Shown: positions 11,501 to 23,566 of the stretch, in pieces
Position numbering within the stretch: position 1 is the first letter of the stretch
Layout of the letters: each line of letters begins with the position of its first letter
From: Girardia tigrina
Taxonomy: Eukaryota
Assembly: GCA_001938485.1 (NCBI GenBank)
Contig: MQRK01235997.1
Location: 1-49,287 of the forward strand
DNA: 49,287 bases
Direction: 5' to 3'
Notes under the pieces: generated by a model
What the model was told of the DNA's origin: nothing
Databases searched by the model: none
What the model saw: the letters and a program-made list of their open reading frames with translations, nothing else
Translations under genes and position numbers: made by a program

Positions 11501-12423
11501 TCCATAAAGCTCTTTGTCATGCTGGGGTAAAGAAAACTTACTCATTCATGAAAGAGGAGTATGATATGGAAGAATTTAAGAAAATAGCAGAGACAATAAT
11601 ACGTTCATGTACAGCATGTCAAACAGCAAAGACTTACACCGGAAAGACGAAAGAAAAAACAATGAATCTGATAGCAGATCGCCCGTTGGACGACATTTAC
11701 ATGGCTTTTTGTGGACTGATGCCAATCATTAATGGGAAAAAAGTATGTTCTCGGCATAATAGACAGGTTCAGTAGATATGTTAGCCTTAAGGCAGTAAAT
11801 AATCAAGATGAGACAACAACAACAGAGACTTTACAACAGAAGTGGATATTTCGGTTTGGAGCACCAGCGTGCATTCACGTGGACCATGGAAAAGTATTTG
11901 AATCTCGGTTATTCGAAGACTTCGCAAAATCGAGACTGATTAAGATAGCGTTTTCGATTCCATACCACCATAGTTCGAATGTAATAACAGAGAGACAATT
12001 CCGAACCGTTCGAGATGCATTAAACGCGACACTAAAAGAAAGAAGAAGTAAAAATTGGGTAGAACTACTACCGGAAATAGAGTTCAGTATGAATGCATCA
12101 GTACAAAGTACGATTGGATACAGTCCGGCGGAAGTAATTTTAGGGAAACGATTGACTCTTGTTAGATCTCGACATGATAACAAGAAGATCATTGATGAAA
12201 TTAAAAAATAAAGATGGGAAAACCAGTGACAACTACTACAAAACGGAATTTTCAGATTGGAGACTGGGTATTGGTGAAAATAGAAAATCGATAGAAAGGT
12301 TCAGATCGTTATGAGGGACCTTATGAAATCGTTAATATGGAACATGATCGGTACGTGAAGATGCGGAATAAAACAGGTCGAATAATACACAGAAATATCG
12401 AATAGCCTTTTAAAGAATGGGGG

Positions 12424-12616
12424 TGTAAGGATAAATAATTGTATGATATTTATATTATCTTTATTATACTAAATATATTACAATAATGGATCCAGAATAT
12501 TCAAATTAATGTCTTGAATTTGTTTTAATATTATTACAACGCGCGTAATTTTTAAATAACAAATATATATTTTCTATTTTGAAATTGTTAATTTATTATT
12601 ATGGAATCCTCTTACA
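12424..12616 (+). repeat. 3' LTR preceded by polypurine tract
   Basis: TGTAAG...CTTACA inverted termini, 193 bp; AAGAATGGGGG immediately upstream. Confidence 0.92.
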
Positions 12617-13361
12617 AATGTAACAAATACTAACATAAACTGAAAAAAAATTATTATTTGAAATAAAAATAATCTAAAATTAAAAAGGTATTGGGAAAAC
12701 TAACAAATGTGTAAAAAAATTGAGAATTGTGAATATAATACTAAATTTTTAATAGTCAATGCCAAAAATTAATAATAATATTTATTTCGAAATTTTTCAA
12801 AAATTAATTTATTGATAAAATTATCAAAAATACGAAATTATTTGTAATAAGTCGTAATGCATAATTAATTTTTTAAGGACGGAAGAAATTTTAATATTTT
12901 TAAAAAATAAAACAGGACTGCGGTAATTTCGTTATAAATTATTAATTAAAGAATTGATAAAATATCAATCATTATATTTTGTTTCAAAGCATTTTTTGTA
13001 ATTTTAAAAAAAATCAGCAAATAAATATTAAAGAAATAAAACATTTTTTTCAAAAACAAAATGAATTGGTTGCATGAAAAAAATATTTTGACTCGAAAAA
13101 CAAGAGAAGTTATTAAAACCTTAAAATTCTTAATATATCCTGATTAATTCTTGAAAAATAGTTTATTTTTAAGAAATTATTTTAAAAACTAACAATAAAA
13201 ATTGCAATTAATTTAATTAATACAAATATTATTAACTTGTGAAAAATCTAATTATAATATTAGTTAATTTAACTAATAAATGTTAGATAAATTTAATAAA
13301 AAATAAATTCATTAAATATATTAAACTAAGAATACTCATTTTGTTATTATAATTAATAAAA

Positions 13362-13425
13362 TTATCATTATCATTACTAGTATTATTATTATTATTAATA
13401 GTAGTAGTAGTAGTAGTAGTAGTAA
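13362..13425. repeat. (TAT)n/(TAG)n trinucleotide microsatellite
   Basis: Directly visible. Confidence 0.9.
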
Positions 13426-14354
13426 TACGTATACTATTAATATAATTATAAATATAAAAAATAATTTTAATTATATTAAAAATAATAATAATAAACACTA
13501 GTTAAAAAAATAGTTTTAATAAAATACATATAATATTTATCTAAAAAGTTTGTTTGTTTGCTTGTTTGTTTGTTTGTGTGTTTGTCGGTCACGCTTTTCA
13601 ATGTGAAATTGTGGGCGACCCGGAGTGAATCCATTTAAGTTCGTGGTCAATCTGGATAGCATGCATCAATAAAATTTTTGTCGGTGTAGCGTCCTTACCG
13701 AAAGAGGCCCGGAAGCCGATGAAATCGATTGAAAACCGTACAAGTCGTTAAACGGTTAAATTAACACTGATTTCGAATAATGATGATTTTTATAATTCCT
13801 AAACGGATTTTCGTGTAAAATTTGGTGAAATCATCAATAAAATACTAATTCATTATATAAATGATGAATTTTATCCCTATTCAATAATTATTTTGTTAAA
13901 AATCGATTTTGTAAAAATTACAAATTTTTGTTATTAAGAAATAGTATCAACAAATAAAATGCAAAATTGAGGAGTGACTGGAGTGAATCCATTTAAGAAT
14001 GTGATCAATCTGAATAGTCTGCATCATTACAATTCTGTCGGTACAGCGCCTTTGTCGAAAGACGTCCGAAGCCGATGAAATCGATCAAAAACCGTACAAG
14101 TCGTTAAATTGTTAAATTAACACCGATTTCGAATAATGACGATTTTAACGATTCCTACACGGATTTCGTGAAAATTTTTTTATGAAATTATCAATAAAAT
14201 ACTAATTTATTTGATAAATGACGATTTTTATCACTTATTTACTAATTATATTTCTCAAAATCAATTTAAATTAAATTTGCAAAATTTCGTTATCATTCAC
14301 TGTCAGTTTGTCAGTCAAGCTCAAATTTTACTATGATCACATATATGCTGATAA

Positions 14355-14560
14355 AGGGCCATAAAAAAATCATGTATTAGGGGAGAGAGGGGGACAGAAT
14401 TTAGTGAGGAAGTGTTACTTAGGGGAAGGGGGTTTCGGAAATGTGACGTCAAATCGAAATGCTGAAGTATTTAGAGAAAGAATTCTGTGACGAAATTTGA
14501 CAAGGAGAAGAAGAGGTTGCAAATCTGCAAAATTGTGTGACGTCATTTATGGACAGCCCA
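14355..14560. mobile_element. PIF/Harbinger-type MITE nested in the Helitron
   Basis: Right end GACGTCATTTATGGACAGCCC; degenerate left end AGGGCCAT; absent from the homologous Helitron copy near 35445; inserted at TAA. Confidence 0.6.
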
Positions 14561-14801
14561 AAAATGCAAGTAGTGAAGGAACAGTGATTGAATTCGCATA
14601 AAATTGAGATAACTCTGTATAGTCCGCATCGAGACGGTTCTGTCTGTACAGCTCCTTTGTAGAAAGGCTCCGGGAGCCAATTTAACTGACCGACTGTTAA
14701 ATCAACACAGATTTCGAAACAATAAATAATAAATTATAATAATTACGATTTAAAAATTAAAACAAAAACATTCAGTCAAAAATTCAGCTCCCCGTCATAT
14801 A

Positions 14802-15403
14802 CGAGGGGTGTCCTAAAAGTTCGCGGACTGATAAGTAACAAAAATTCAAAAAGTTTATTCCAGTTAACAAAATTGATCAATCCTCATCAGAATCGCTATC
14901 GGACTTTTCAATATAATCACCATTCAGTTTCACACACTTTCACATCTGTCACCAAGAATGACTTGCTCGATAACTTTCACATTTTCTTGACATCTGGACG
15001 TTGTTGGTCGCCCACTGCGTTCATCATCCTCCAATGATTGGCACCTTGCCTGGAATCGTTGCACACACTTAGAGACAGCCGTTCTTACCATAGCGGCATC
15101 ACCAAAGACCCGGTGTAAACGGTGCACAATATCTGCAGTGGGGGTGTCTTCCTTCCAGAGGAAATAGGTGGTTGCTCGTTGAGATTTTACTGCCTCTTCC
15201 ATACTAACTAAAAGAGAGAAAAATGATAAATTAATACATTCGTATGTCACACACATGCCGACGTGCAGTCAATGAGAGTTCACCTAAATTACAATTGGTT
15301 GACTCCCCCCTCATGTCATCGTACACACACTGCGCGTTACAGTCACGTACACACGTGACCACGCCATATTCTCTCAGTCAGTGAACTTTTGGGACACCCC
15401 TCC
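14802..15403 (-). mobile_element. Internally deleted mariner (irritans-like)
   Basis: TIRs CGAGGGGTGTCCTAAAAGTTC / GAACTTTTGGGACACCCCTC, TA TSD; N-terminal HTH (IVHRLHRVFG..SLEDDERSGRP) joined directly to C-terminal CVKLNGDYIEK. Confidence 0.92.
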
Positions 15404-16943
15404 TATGACGGGTCTTTTTCTAGTTTTACATATTTTACAAAGTTAATACAAATAAAGTAATAAATTGAAGAATAATGAAAATCTAAAATGAATATTAAAA
15501 AAGCGTAAATTTGTTGATTAGAACGAAAAATCATTTTGACTTTCCAAATTTATCATAAAATAACAGACAAGTTAGTTTGAAACGTTAAAATATCAAATAT
15601 TAAAAATTTGATTATTGAGAATTTACGATTTTTAAAATTTATTTTTACTAAAACAAATATTTAGGCCGGAAGTAATGGATTAAAATTGTTGGAAAATAAT
15701 CTCTCCGACTTTCAAAGTGACAAAAAGATTTCTGCAATTCATTAAATTAAACAATAAAATACGTTTTGCGGCTTATGTGTAACCTTTGAAAGGGAATCCC
15801 TTATGTAAATGAAGGCATAAATGAATTTTCGCAAGCTATATCTATGATATTGGCCGTTTCAATTTATTTCAATTAATTAATAATTAATTATGATTCTTTC
15901 AGTTTAGATACTTCCAAAAATAAAAAATCAAATGTTAAATATTATATAAATATTTAATTAACTTAATAATATTTATATTTTTTTGGAGTAAATTTTTATA
16001 AATTTAATACATTTTTTTAAATTTATCACTGCTCTTACTCATAAAAGTTATTGCAGCATATTTAAATGTAGTAATACTTTAAATATAATTCTTTAATTTC
16101 CTTTTCCACTTTCCAATTATTCTATTTTTATTTGACTGTGGACAGCAAGTATCAAACTACTTGCTAATAATTATTACCTTAAGTTAACATGATTTTTTTA
16201 TTTATATATAATATTTTTGTAAGATAATCACCGGGTTGTTGCCTGTTCAATTGGAATGTTTCGATTGATTTCAAAGTATTTTCCCTTTTAGCTTTGACAT
16301 TTTGAACACATCTCAGAACTACATGACAAAACAATATTGGAGTAATTAGCTATAGCTAAACCGAGTTTTTTGGGCAGTTTCGATTCATGTTGGTTTTTGT
16401 AACCAAAGTTTTTTTTACAATCCAATGAAACTACTTTGTATTTGTAAATAGATAATTCTTTTTAATAAATGTAATGTTATTTAATTACTAGAAAATTTAA
16501 AGGCAGAAAGCGCCCGTGAAAAATAATATAAAAATCTAGAAAATTTTTTAATTTTTGAAACACTAAACTTGAAAAAATTCCAATAAAAATTCACTTAATT
16601 TTGCTTGTTTTCATTACAAAATTGTAAATTTGGAGTTTGTACAATAGTACACTTGAGCTATCTGCATCAATCACTCTTCACTTATAAATAAATTTTGTTT
16701 CTGAAAGTGACTATGTCAAATGTCAAAACTAACTTCCAGCAAAGTAAGTACCTATTTCCGACGTCGAAACTGACTTCCAGCATAGAAAGTACCTTTGTTC
16801 TTTAACAATAAAGGTAGCTCATGCAAGCATGAATGAATGTAATGGTACTAAAGAAAAAAGTTCATTGTTTAGGAGTGAAAAAAAGTTAATCATAGTAAAC
16901 TTTGAGTATGATGGACAAACCAACAAACAAACAAAAGTTTTCG

Positions 16944-16978
<35 letters not shown>

Positions 16979-17317
16979 TAGTCTACTTACAATTGTAAGT
17001 AGTAGATCTTTGAGCGTGAGGTGCAAACAATTTTTTAGTATATTATGTTATATATATAATTAAAAGGTTTTTTACATTTAGTATTTTTTGTCTCAAAAAC
17101 GATTGAATTGTTGTTATTGTTATTGAATACGATTCATTTTATTAATTTTTGTTTTTAAAAACGATACGTGTAACATTTTTGTGACGAAAGCGATTTCATT
17201 ATTTTGTGTTGCGAAAACTTAATAATTTTCTTTGACTGTTTTAATAATTCTTTTTATTGAATTTTTTTATTAAAAACATTTATTTTTAAAAAATAGTAAA
17301 TTTTACTTTAATCAAAA

Positions 17318-17744
17318 TATTTTCCATTGTTAGCTATAATTTTTGACCACCTTTCTGGCAATTTATGAATTTCTTCGACAAAAATAGTTTGACCTTTGAA
17401 ACAATTCATTCTTCAAGTCGTTTTTTAATTTCTTCCTGGATTTCGATGTGTCGGTATTGAAGAGAGCTTTGCATTAATAGTAAAATTTGTAACATGACGT
17501 TAAACATTCTGGTTATTAAAAAATAGTACTTCAGTAGTACTTCGATTCAAGTGCTTCCAATACACGTTTTCAAAGTTTTGCAAAATTAGGCCGAGCATTG
17601 TCGTGCAGATAAATCTCTTTGATTTATTTTTAACTGTTTCCGCTTAATTCATGACTCAGATCTATCGACTGTTTTTGATAACTTTCAGCATTAAAAGTTT
17701 CGCTCAGTTTTTGTTAGTGTTTAAATTACCGGTATTATTTAAAA

Positions 17745-17802
<58 letters not shown>

Positions 17803-19255
17803 TGTGNNNNNNNNNNNNNNNNNNNNNNNNNNNNNNNNNNNNNNNNNNNNNNNNNNATATATATATATATATATAGTGTGTGCATTTTATTTGGAACAAT
17901 TAATTATTTTGTACATATAAATAATATGCACAATCATCACACGAAATGAAGCAATGTATATCTTATCGACTCATTATTCAGAAGGTTTTAAACATTTAAA
18001 ATCATCGATTTTGAAAATTTTTATTTCAAATACTATGAATTTAAATATTATTTCACAATCATTCATAATTCGTGATATGTTCAGCAATAAGTGCGCCACT
18101 CCTCTCAACTTCATTGATAAACATTTTTAAATAGAGCCTCTATGACATGAATTATTACATAGTCATCATTTTCAAATATAAGCTGCAAAAACTACTGTTG
18201 ATTTAATCCGACGATGGTGGATAATCCACCGAAATTAATTACAATGAATTTAAAAAAATGGCGTTCAGTTTTTTTAATTTCAAAGCAGTTTTAATTTTTT
18301 ATTATCCATACCGGTATTATTAGTATCGAAAAATTATGCGAAACACGACCACAGGTAAAACAGGTATTGGAAATATCCGATATTCTGTACTGTCTAGTTT
18401 TAGTATCTAATCGAAAACATATCCTTTCTGATCCCTCCAAGTGCTCAACGTTACTTTATTTCAATGAATGTTTCGTTTTGCTGTTGATGTTCATGGTTAG
18501 AATCGAATTAGATTTTCCAACAGAAGCAAGATTAAATGATGGATCTCGGACTGATCGACGTCCATCAAATACGAGATTAGAGGGAAGATGACTGCTCGAT
18601 GGCTAGAGTGGATCTGAGACAACGACACGCTCTTCAGTTCTTTAATATAAAAATTATTCTTAAAGTCAATCATATTTTGATGCAAAACGCCATCTTTGGT
18701 GCCTTGTCGGTAGATCCTTCGCAAATCACAAAACGATTTTCAATGTCGGCTCAAGTTTTATGGCGTCTTTCGTGACACTAAAACTTTTTGGAAAATTTGT
18801 TTCTTCTCTTTCAGCTGATTGTTCCTTCAAAAATACTTCCAATTTTCATCCTCAAATGTTTTGGTTTTCCAGAATGTTCTTTTTGACTAAAACTGAAATT
18901 GCTACATTTGAATAGCTTTAACCAGTTTTCACAAGTATGTTGAGTCGGCACATGTTTGCCATGAGTTCCTTGAACATGATAGCTTTTAAGAGATTCTATC
19001 TTTTTATGAAAGCAAAAAAATAATACTTCTTGCAAATGCAGTTTTGTTGATACAAAATTCGATATGATAAAATAGGTTTATTAAAAAATGTGGTTTACGC
19101 TTTCATGATTATTAAATTTATTTAATGATTTGCTGACGAATGTCAAAAACATTTTATTACAAAATGTTCACTCTTTACAGCCGCGTAGGTGTTATTCTAA
19201 AAACTTTTATTACTCCATTTTCGGTATATACACAAAACTAAGCTGTACATCTAAT
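17318..19255 (-). mobile_element. Fragmented Mos1-like mariner sequence (possibly two copies), interrupted by (TA)n, a gap and unrelated DNA
   Basis: TIR-like TTAGATGTACAGCTTAG near 19255; N-terminus LFFCFHKK..TCENWLKLFK..KEHSGKPK; middle AKRNIH*NKVTLSTWRDQKG (about 18420-18480); C-terminus LHDNARP and HKLPERWSKIIANNGKY (17318-17610). Confidence 0.85.
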
Positions 19256-19336
19256 AAATTCAAATTTTGATTATAATTTTTGATTTTTCTATTTTTTAAA
19301 TTTTGAAAGTTATTTAAGTATATTTTTTTTAATCAG

Positions 19337-20991
19337 GAGTTTTGGTCACTCTGACCGACTTTACATCAAATATATTCATTGAAGATCTCCTGAAAGAGAC
19401 CAGTTACACTAACGTCATTCCAGTGAACAGTGTGAATCAAAATTCATCAATTACTTTAGTAAGTGGTTTGGGTTTAACCTGCTTTGTAATTTATCTGTTT
19501 ATCGTAAAAGAAAGTCCTTCATTGATAATTGAACGATTTATATTTTTACGTTATTTATTATACTATTTCATATGCAAAAAATTCAGTTTCTATAAGTACT
19601 TTAGTAGTACAAAAAAATAAATTATGTTATTTTATATGATCCAATCATGCTTGAAATACTGAAAAATTCAGTTTCAGGTTTACCATATTGAGACATGTCT
19701 CCTTTTTACACTCTGTTTCCAACAGGATCACATAGATATTGAATTCGTGACATGTAGTAAAAGTACCTTTAAACTTAATCGAAAATTGCATAGTTGTCAT
19801 ATTTTTGAAACGTTCACAACATAAAGTTTAGGGAGAAAGTTATTTAAGTCAGTTTAGTTCTACAAATACTTTTGTACTGAAACATGATGCTGTCTGCACC
19901 TTCGTTTCAGAGAAGAAAACAAGTGCTACAATTTATGAAGGATTTTGGAAACCCCTGGAATAAAAGATCATGAAAATTTCGTCAACAGATCACCAATAAG
20001 AGACTAGGGCATTTCTATAGCTAATCATCATGATCACATACTTCTTTCAGTTGTCCTTTTCTTCTTACATGTCTGCAGGATAGAATACGTAGATGGTTTT
20101 GAAATTTCATGTCGCTTGAAATATTTTGAGATAGCAAAGTTTGTGATAGAAGGACGATAACATTTGTATTAGGCGATTAAATTATGCCACTTTTGTTCTG
20201 TAAGGATGTTCATTTGTAAGGGAAGTCACAACACTCAAGTGATAGTACTAAAATACGACATACCAATGTGTCTTCAAATTGATGTATTAAAACAAAATAA
20301 TTTATAATGCTTTTTAGTCAATAATTCTCGAGTTTATAAAATATCCTTGATTTTAGTTGCTGTCAGGTATTAAGACAAACCGTTTGTGTTTTTGCTATAG
20401 ATATATATATTTGTCTTGATCTGTGACTGACTGACTGATTCTGTGAGTAACGCTCATATTATTTACTTACAATTGTAAGTAGATAATTAAATTAATAATA
20501 ATAATTTTTTTCCATATGGAAAAAAATGAATTTTAAATTGTATTTTGTCTTCTCTTAACATACAGTAAAAATTTATTCAATTCTTTAATGTAGTGTTAGT
20601 GAAGAAATATTTTCTCATAGTGTGAAGAGTTTTCTCCTTTATTGAGGAATTAAAATTACATTAGTGTGAGTAAATCAAAGTTGAACTTGATTTTTTATGC
20701 TTTTTATTTGTGCAATTTCACTTCAAATCAATTCAGAATTTTGTTGCGGTAAGTTCGTGTTATTTTTTTTATTAAAAATCTAAACTTATTTATGTTCAAA
20801 GCACAGTTTTTTCATTCTAGATTGAGATTTTTCAATAATTTACATTAATTTAATATAAAAAAAACACTGAATATTTTGGCTGTTATATGAATTTTCCAGT
20901 TAATTCTTATTTTCTAAAAATTTTAATTAGATCCAGGTATGTAAATATCAAATTTCATAGACTGCCGCTATGTTAGTGCCCCAGAGTTTAT
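19337..20991 (+). CDS. Candidate micro-exon gene segment encoding a Cys-rich peptide (exons 19337-19458, 19726-19756, 20205-20215, 20357-20366, 20737-20748, 20931-20936, 20961-20991)
   Basis: Each piece is bounded by a T-rich..AG acceptor and a GT donor (GTAAGT, GTAAAA, GTAAGG, GTATTA, GTAAGT, GTATGT, GTGAGT). Joined, they stay in frame: ...NSSITL-DHIDIEFVTC-RCSF-LLS-EFCC-DP-DCRYVSAPEF. Confidence 0.45.
20401..20540 (+). mobile_element. Helitron family B, 5' part
   Basis: (GACT)n, TAACGCTCATATTA and the palindrome TACTTACAATTGTAAGTA are shared with 41598-41828. Confidence 0.65.
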
Positions 20992-21128
20992 GTGAGTTTA
21001 AAATTGTGTTTGATTTGATATAAATGAGAAGTTAAAACTTATTCAACGTTATTTTTTATTCTAGGAAATTGATTGATTGATTTCAGCTACAGAATTGAAC
21101 TATTATTATATATATGATGATGATGAAA

Positions 21129-21264
21129 ACAATTCTAAGTAGATAATTACATAAATAATTCATGTGGAAAAAAAATGAATTTTAAGAAAAAAACGTCTTG
21201 AAAATTTATTTGAGATGTAACTCTTATAAATTATACCCGTCATACATGACGGGTGATTTACTAG
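21129..21264 (+). mobile_element. Helitron family B, 3' part
   Basis: Hairpin CCCGTCATACATGACGGG followed by CTAG|T. Confidence 0.75.
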
Positions 21265-22150
21265 TTTTAAATATTGTTTCTTAAATCTTTTTAGAATTAA
21301 TATTTTAGTAAAATGAAAAAAGGATCTTAATGGAATAAGGACAAAGTATTTTAAGTACGTAAAATAAATTCCCCTTAATTCAAAGAAATAAATCAAATTG
21401 TAATTAAGTCACAATTTAAGTAAAAAAAATATTTTTTGTCCAAATATTTTCCATTATAAATTTTTATTTACTTTTTCTCTTATCGTTAAAATCATTAAGT
21501 TTAGTTTTTTATCATTTTACCTCTCTTTTTGAAAGTAATTTTTATAACAATTGATTGATTTATTTTTTTAGAATTACAAAAAAGGTTTCTATTGTAAAAA
21601 AATATAATTAATAATATATATTTATAGAAATTTGTTTACAAAATTTTCGTAACATGATTTACATGTCCTTTAAAATTATTTTATTCATAAAATAAATAAT
21701 AAATAATATTATTATATATAAAATAATCAAATCTTTAATATAAAACATTAATAATTTAGACAATATTATCTTATTATATAAATCAATATTTCAAATAATT
21801 AATTTTAATTAATTTTTTGTTTGAAAATATTTATAGATTTTTCTTGTTATATTCTTTGTAGATTTTATGTTTAATTTGTCTTTAAATTTTAACTTCGTTA
21901 TTCGTTTGTATATTTTTGATTAAAAAATTGTATTTGTATTTTTATTTCAAGTTATATTTTACTTTGAATTTTAAATTAAAGAAAATCTGATTATAAAAGA
22001 TTTCCTGTTTAATTAAATTAATTTGTAAATCTGTTTTTGGTATTAAAATTTTATTTTAAATATTATAAATTTTTACTTTAAATAAAATAATGAAGTTAAT
22101 AATGCATTATGTATTAAATATAGCACAATATTTTTAAAATTCTTTATAGA

Positions 22151-22605
22151 TTGGGCTGAGTAAAAAGTAATTTTGTTTTCTGCTGAAAGATGGCAATAAG
22201 AACAACATTCGAATATAAACGCCAATGTTTTTGCATCTACATAGATTATTGAAAGCTAAAGTTGTGTTTTAAGATAACATTTGTTGATTTAAATAAAATA
22301 ATTATCATTTTGTGTGGGCGTAAGAAATGGAAAACAATAAACGGTGAAGGTTATAAAAGTTAAAGAGTGTAACAAAACTGGTTTTCTTAATTTCATGCTG
22401 GTGATACGTCATGTCGAGATAGTGAGAGTTCTGGCAGACAATTAGTGGTTGATGATGATCACCACGAAATGCGACTCTGGAAATTACAAAAAATCAAAGT
22501 TTCTAAAAAATAGTTGTGAACCGTTTACGGCTCTGGGTTACCATAATCGGTAAAATATTTGGATACCTCATATTTTAAGTGAAAAAAACTTAGTGGACTG
22601 CAGGC
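22151..22605 (+). mobile_element. Mariner 5' fragment
   Basis: TIR-like TTGGGCTGAGTAAAAAGTAATT; decayed AGDTSCRDSESSGR and WIPHILSEKN (WVPHEL motif). Confidence 0.75.
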
Positions 22606-23105
22606 CTTTTTAAGAAATATTAATTGAGGGGGCACAAGCAATCTGGAAAGATCATTTGCCAAATCAGTAACATTTTTGTTACAGATGGAAATAGTTATTT
22701 TCCTTGTTTTTAATGGCTTTTCCTTTTCCAAACAGATTGGTTTATCAAGGGTTCTCAGATTTAGAAGAAGAAAATACACAAGCAACCCGACCCATAACAT
22801 TTTACCTACAGCCCTACACGAGTAATATTAAACAACACTTCAATTTCTGTTACTTTTTGAAAAAAGAATTTACAACAAAGTCTCTTTCTGAATTAATACC
22901 CAGAGTTGGGTTCCTTTCTCGTCTTTCTTTCACTCCCGTGAACTCTACCAAACCCCTGTGAGGATGAAGAAGCAGGTCCTCTTGTCATTCATTGCTATCA
23001 TCATGCAAGAGTTGGCTGTCTCAGATGATGTTCTCATGTGATAAGCTGAAACATTCAAGTTGTACAACGAAATAAACATCTCTGGAAACATTTTGTGAGA
23101 AGTGA

Positions 23106-23140
<35 letters not shown>

Positions 23141-23289
23141 AGAGTTTGGTTTAACTTGTTTAAATAAATGTTGTGTAGTGAAATTAGCGGGAATTTGTTT
23201 TTGAAATAATAAAATTTCTTTTGAGAAATTTGATTTTGATCAATTAATGCGTGCGGTTATCAATCTATGATTAATCCCAACAATCAAAA

Positions 23290-23566
23290 ATGGTCCATTT
23301 TGCAATAGAACAAATCCATTCTTTAATTGACAAAAAATGAAATATTCACAACATGATTGTCATTGCCCACGTCGATCACAGAAAATCCCACGTCGCCGAC
23401 TCTCTCGCCAGTGAAATCGCTGTCATTGCCGGTTAACGCCCCGGCGATTCTTGATTTATACACATTCAAAAGGACGAATGGGAGTATGCGTCATCATGAA
23501 ATCAACGACGACATCGATGAACAACAAAAAGATAGTAGGGAAACAAGAATGTGTAACGGTCCTCTT
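23290..23566 (+). pseudogene. EEF2: Elongation factor 2, 5' fragment, pseudogenised
   Basis: [38 protein letters not shown]...G*RPGDS*FIHIQKDE, frameshift, CVIMKST. Matches eEF2 [51 protein letters not shown]. Confidence 0.92.

Larger units (their letters stand above)
8340..12616 (+). mobile_element. Ty3/Gypsy LTR retrotransposon, degenerate, RT core deleted
   Basis: Two near-identical LTRs, PBS and PPT. Gag with three CCHC knuckles (9207-9362), protease LLDAGA, RT start SPWNTP..IRLCLDFRLLN, RNase H DTDASF, integrase HHCC (H..LCHAG..C..C) and core (IIDRFS, HVDHG, ERQFRT). Many stops and frameshifts; no matching TSD seen. Confidence 0.95.
13525..15423 (+). mobile_element. Non-autonomous Helitron family A, full-length copy with two nested insertions
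   Basis: 5' end followed by (GTTT)n; internal tandem unit of about 358 bp (GGAGTGAATCCATTTAAG at 13622 and 13980); 3' hairpin CCCGTCA..TGACGGG split by a mariner; CTAG at 15420-15423. Confidence 0.8.

Noticed and set aside
13283-13498. Thr/Asn-rich ORF
   Set aside because: Translation of microsatellites.
17727-18321. 13-bp direct repeat TACCGGTATTATT as a TSD
   Set aside because: It spans a gap with duplicated edges, and the enclosed DNA has no matching termini.
22606-23100. Moderate-GC segment with overlapping ORFs
   Set aside because: No recognisable motif, termini or consistent splice frame.
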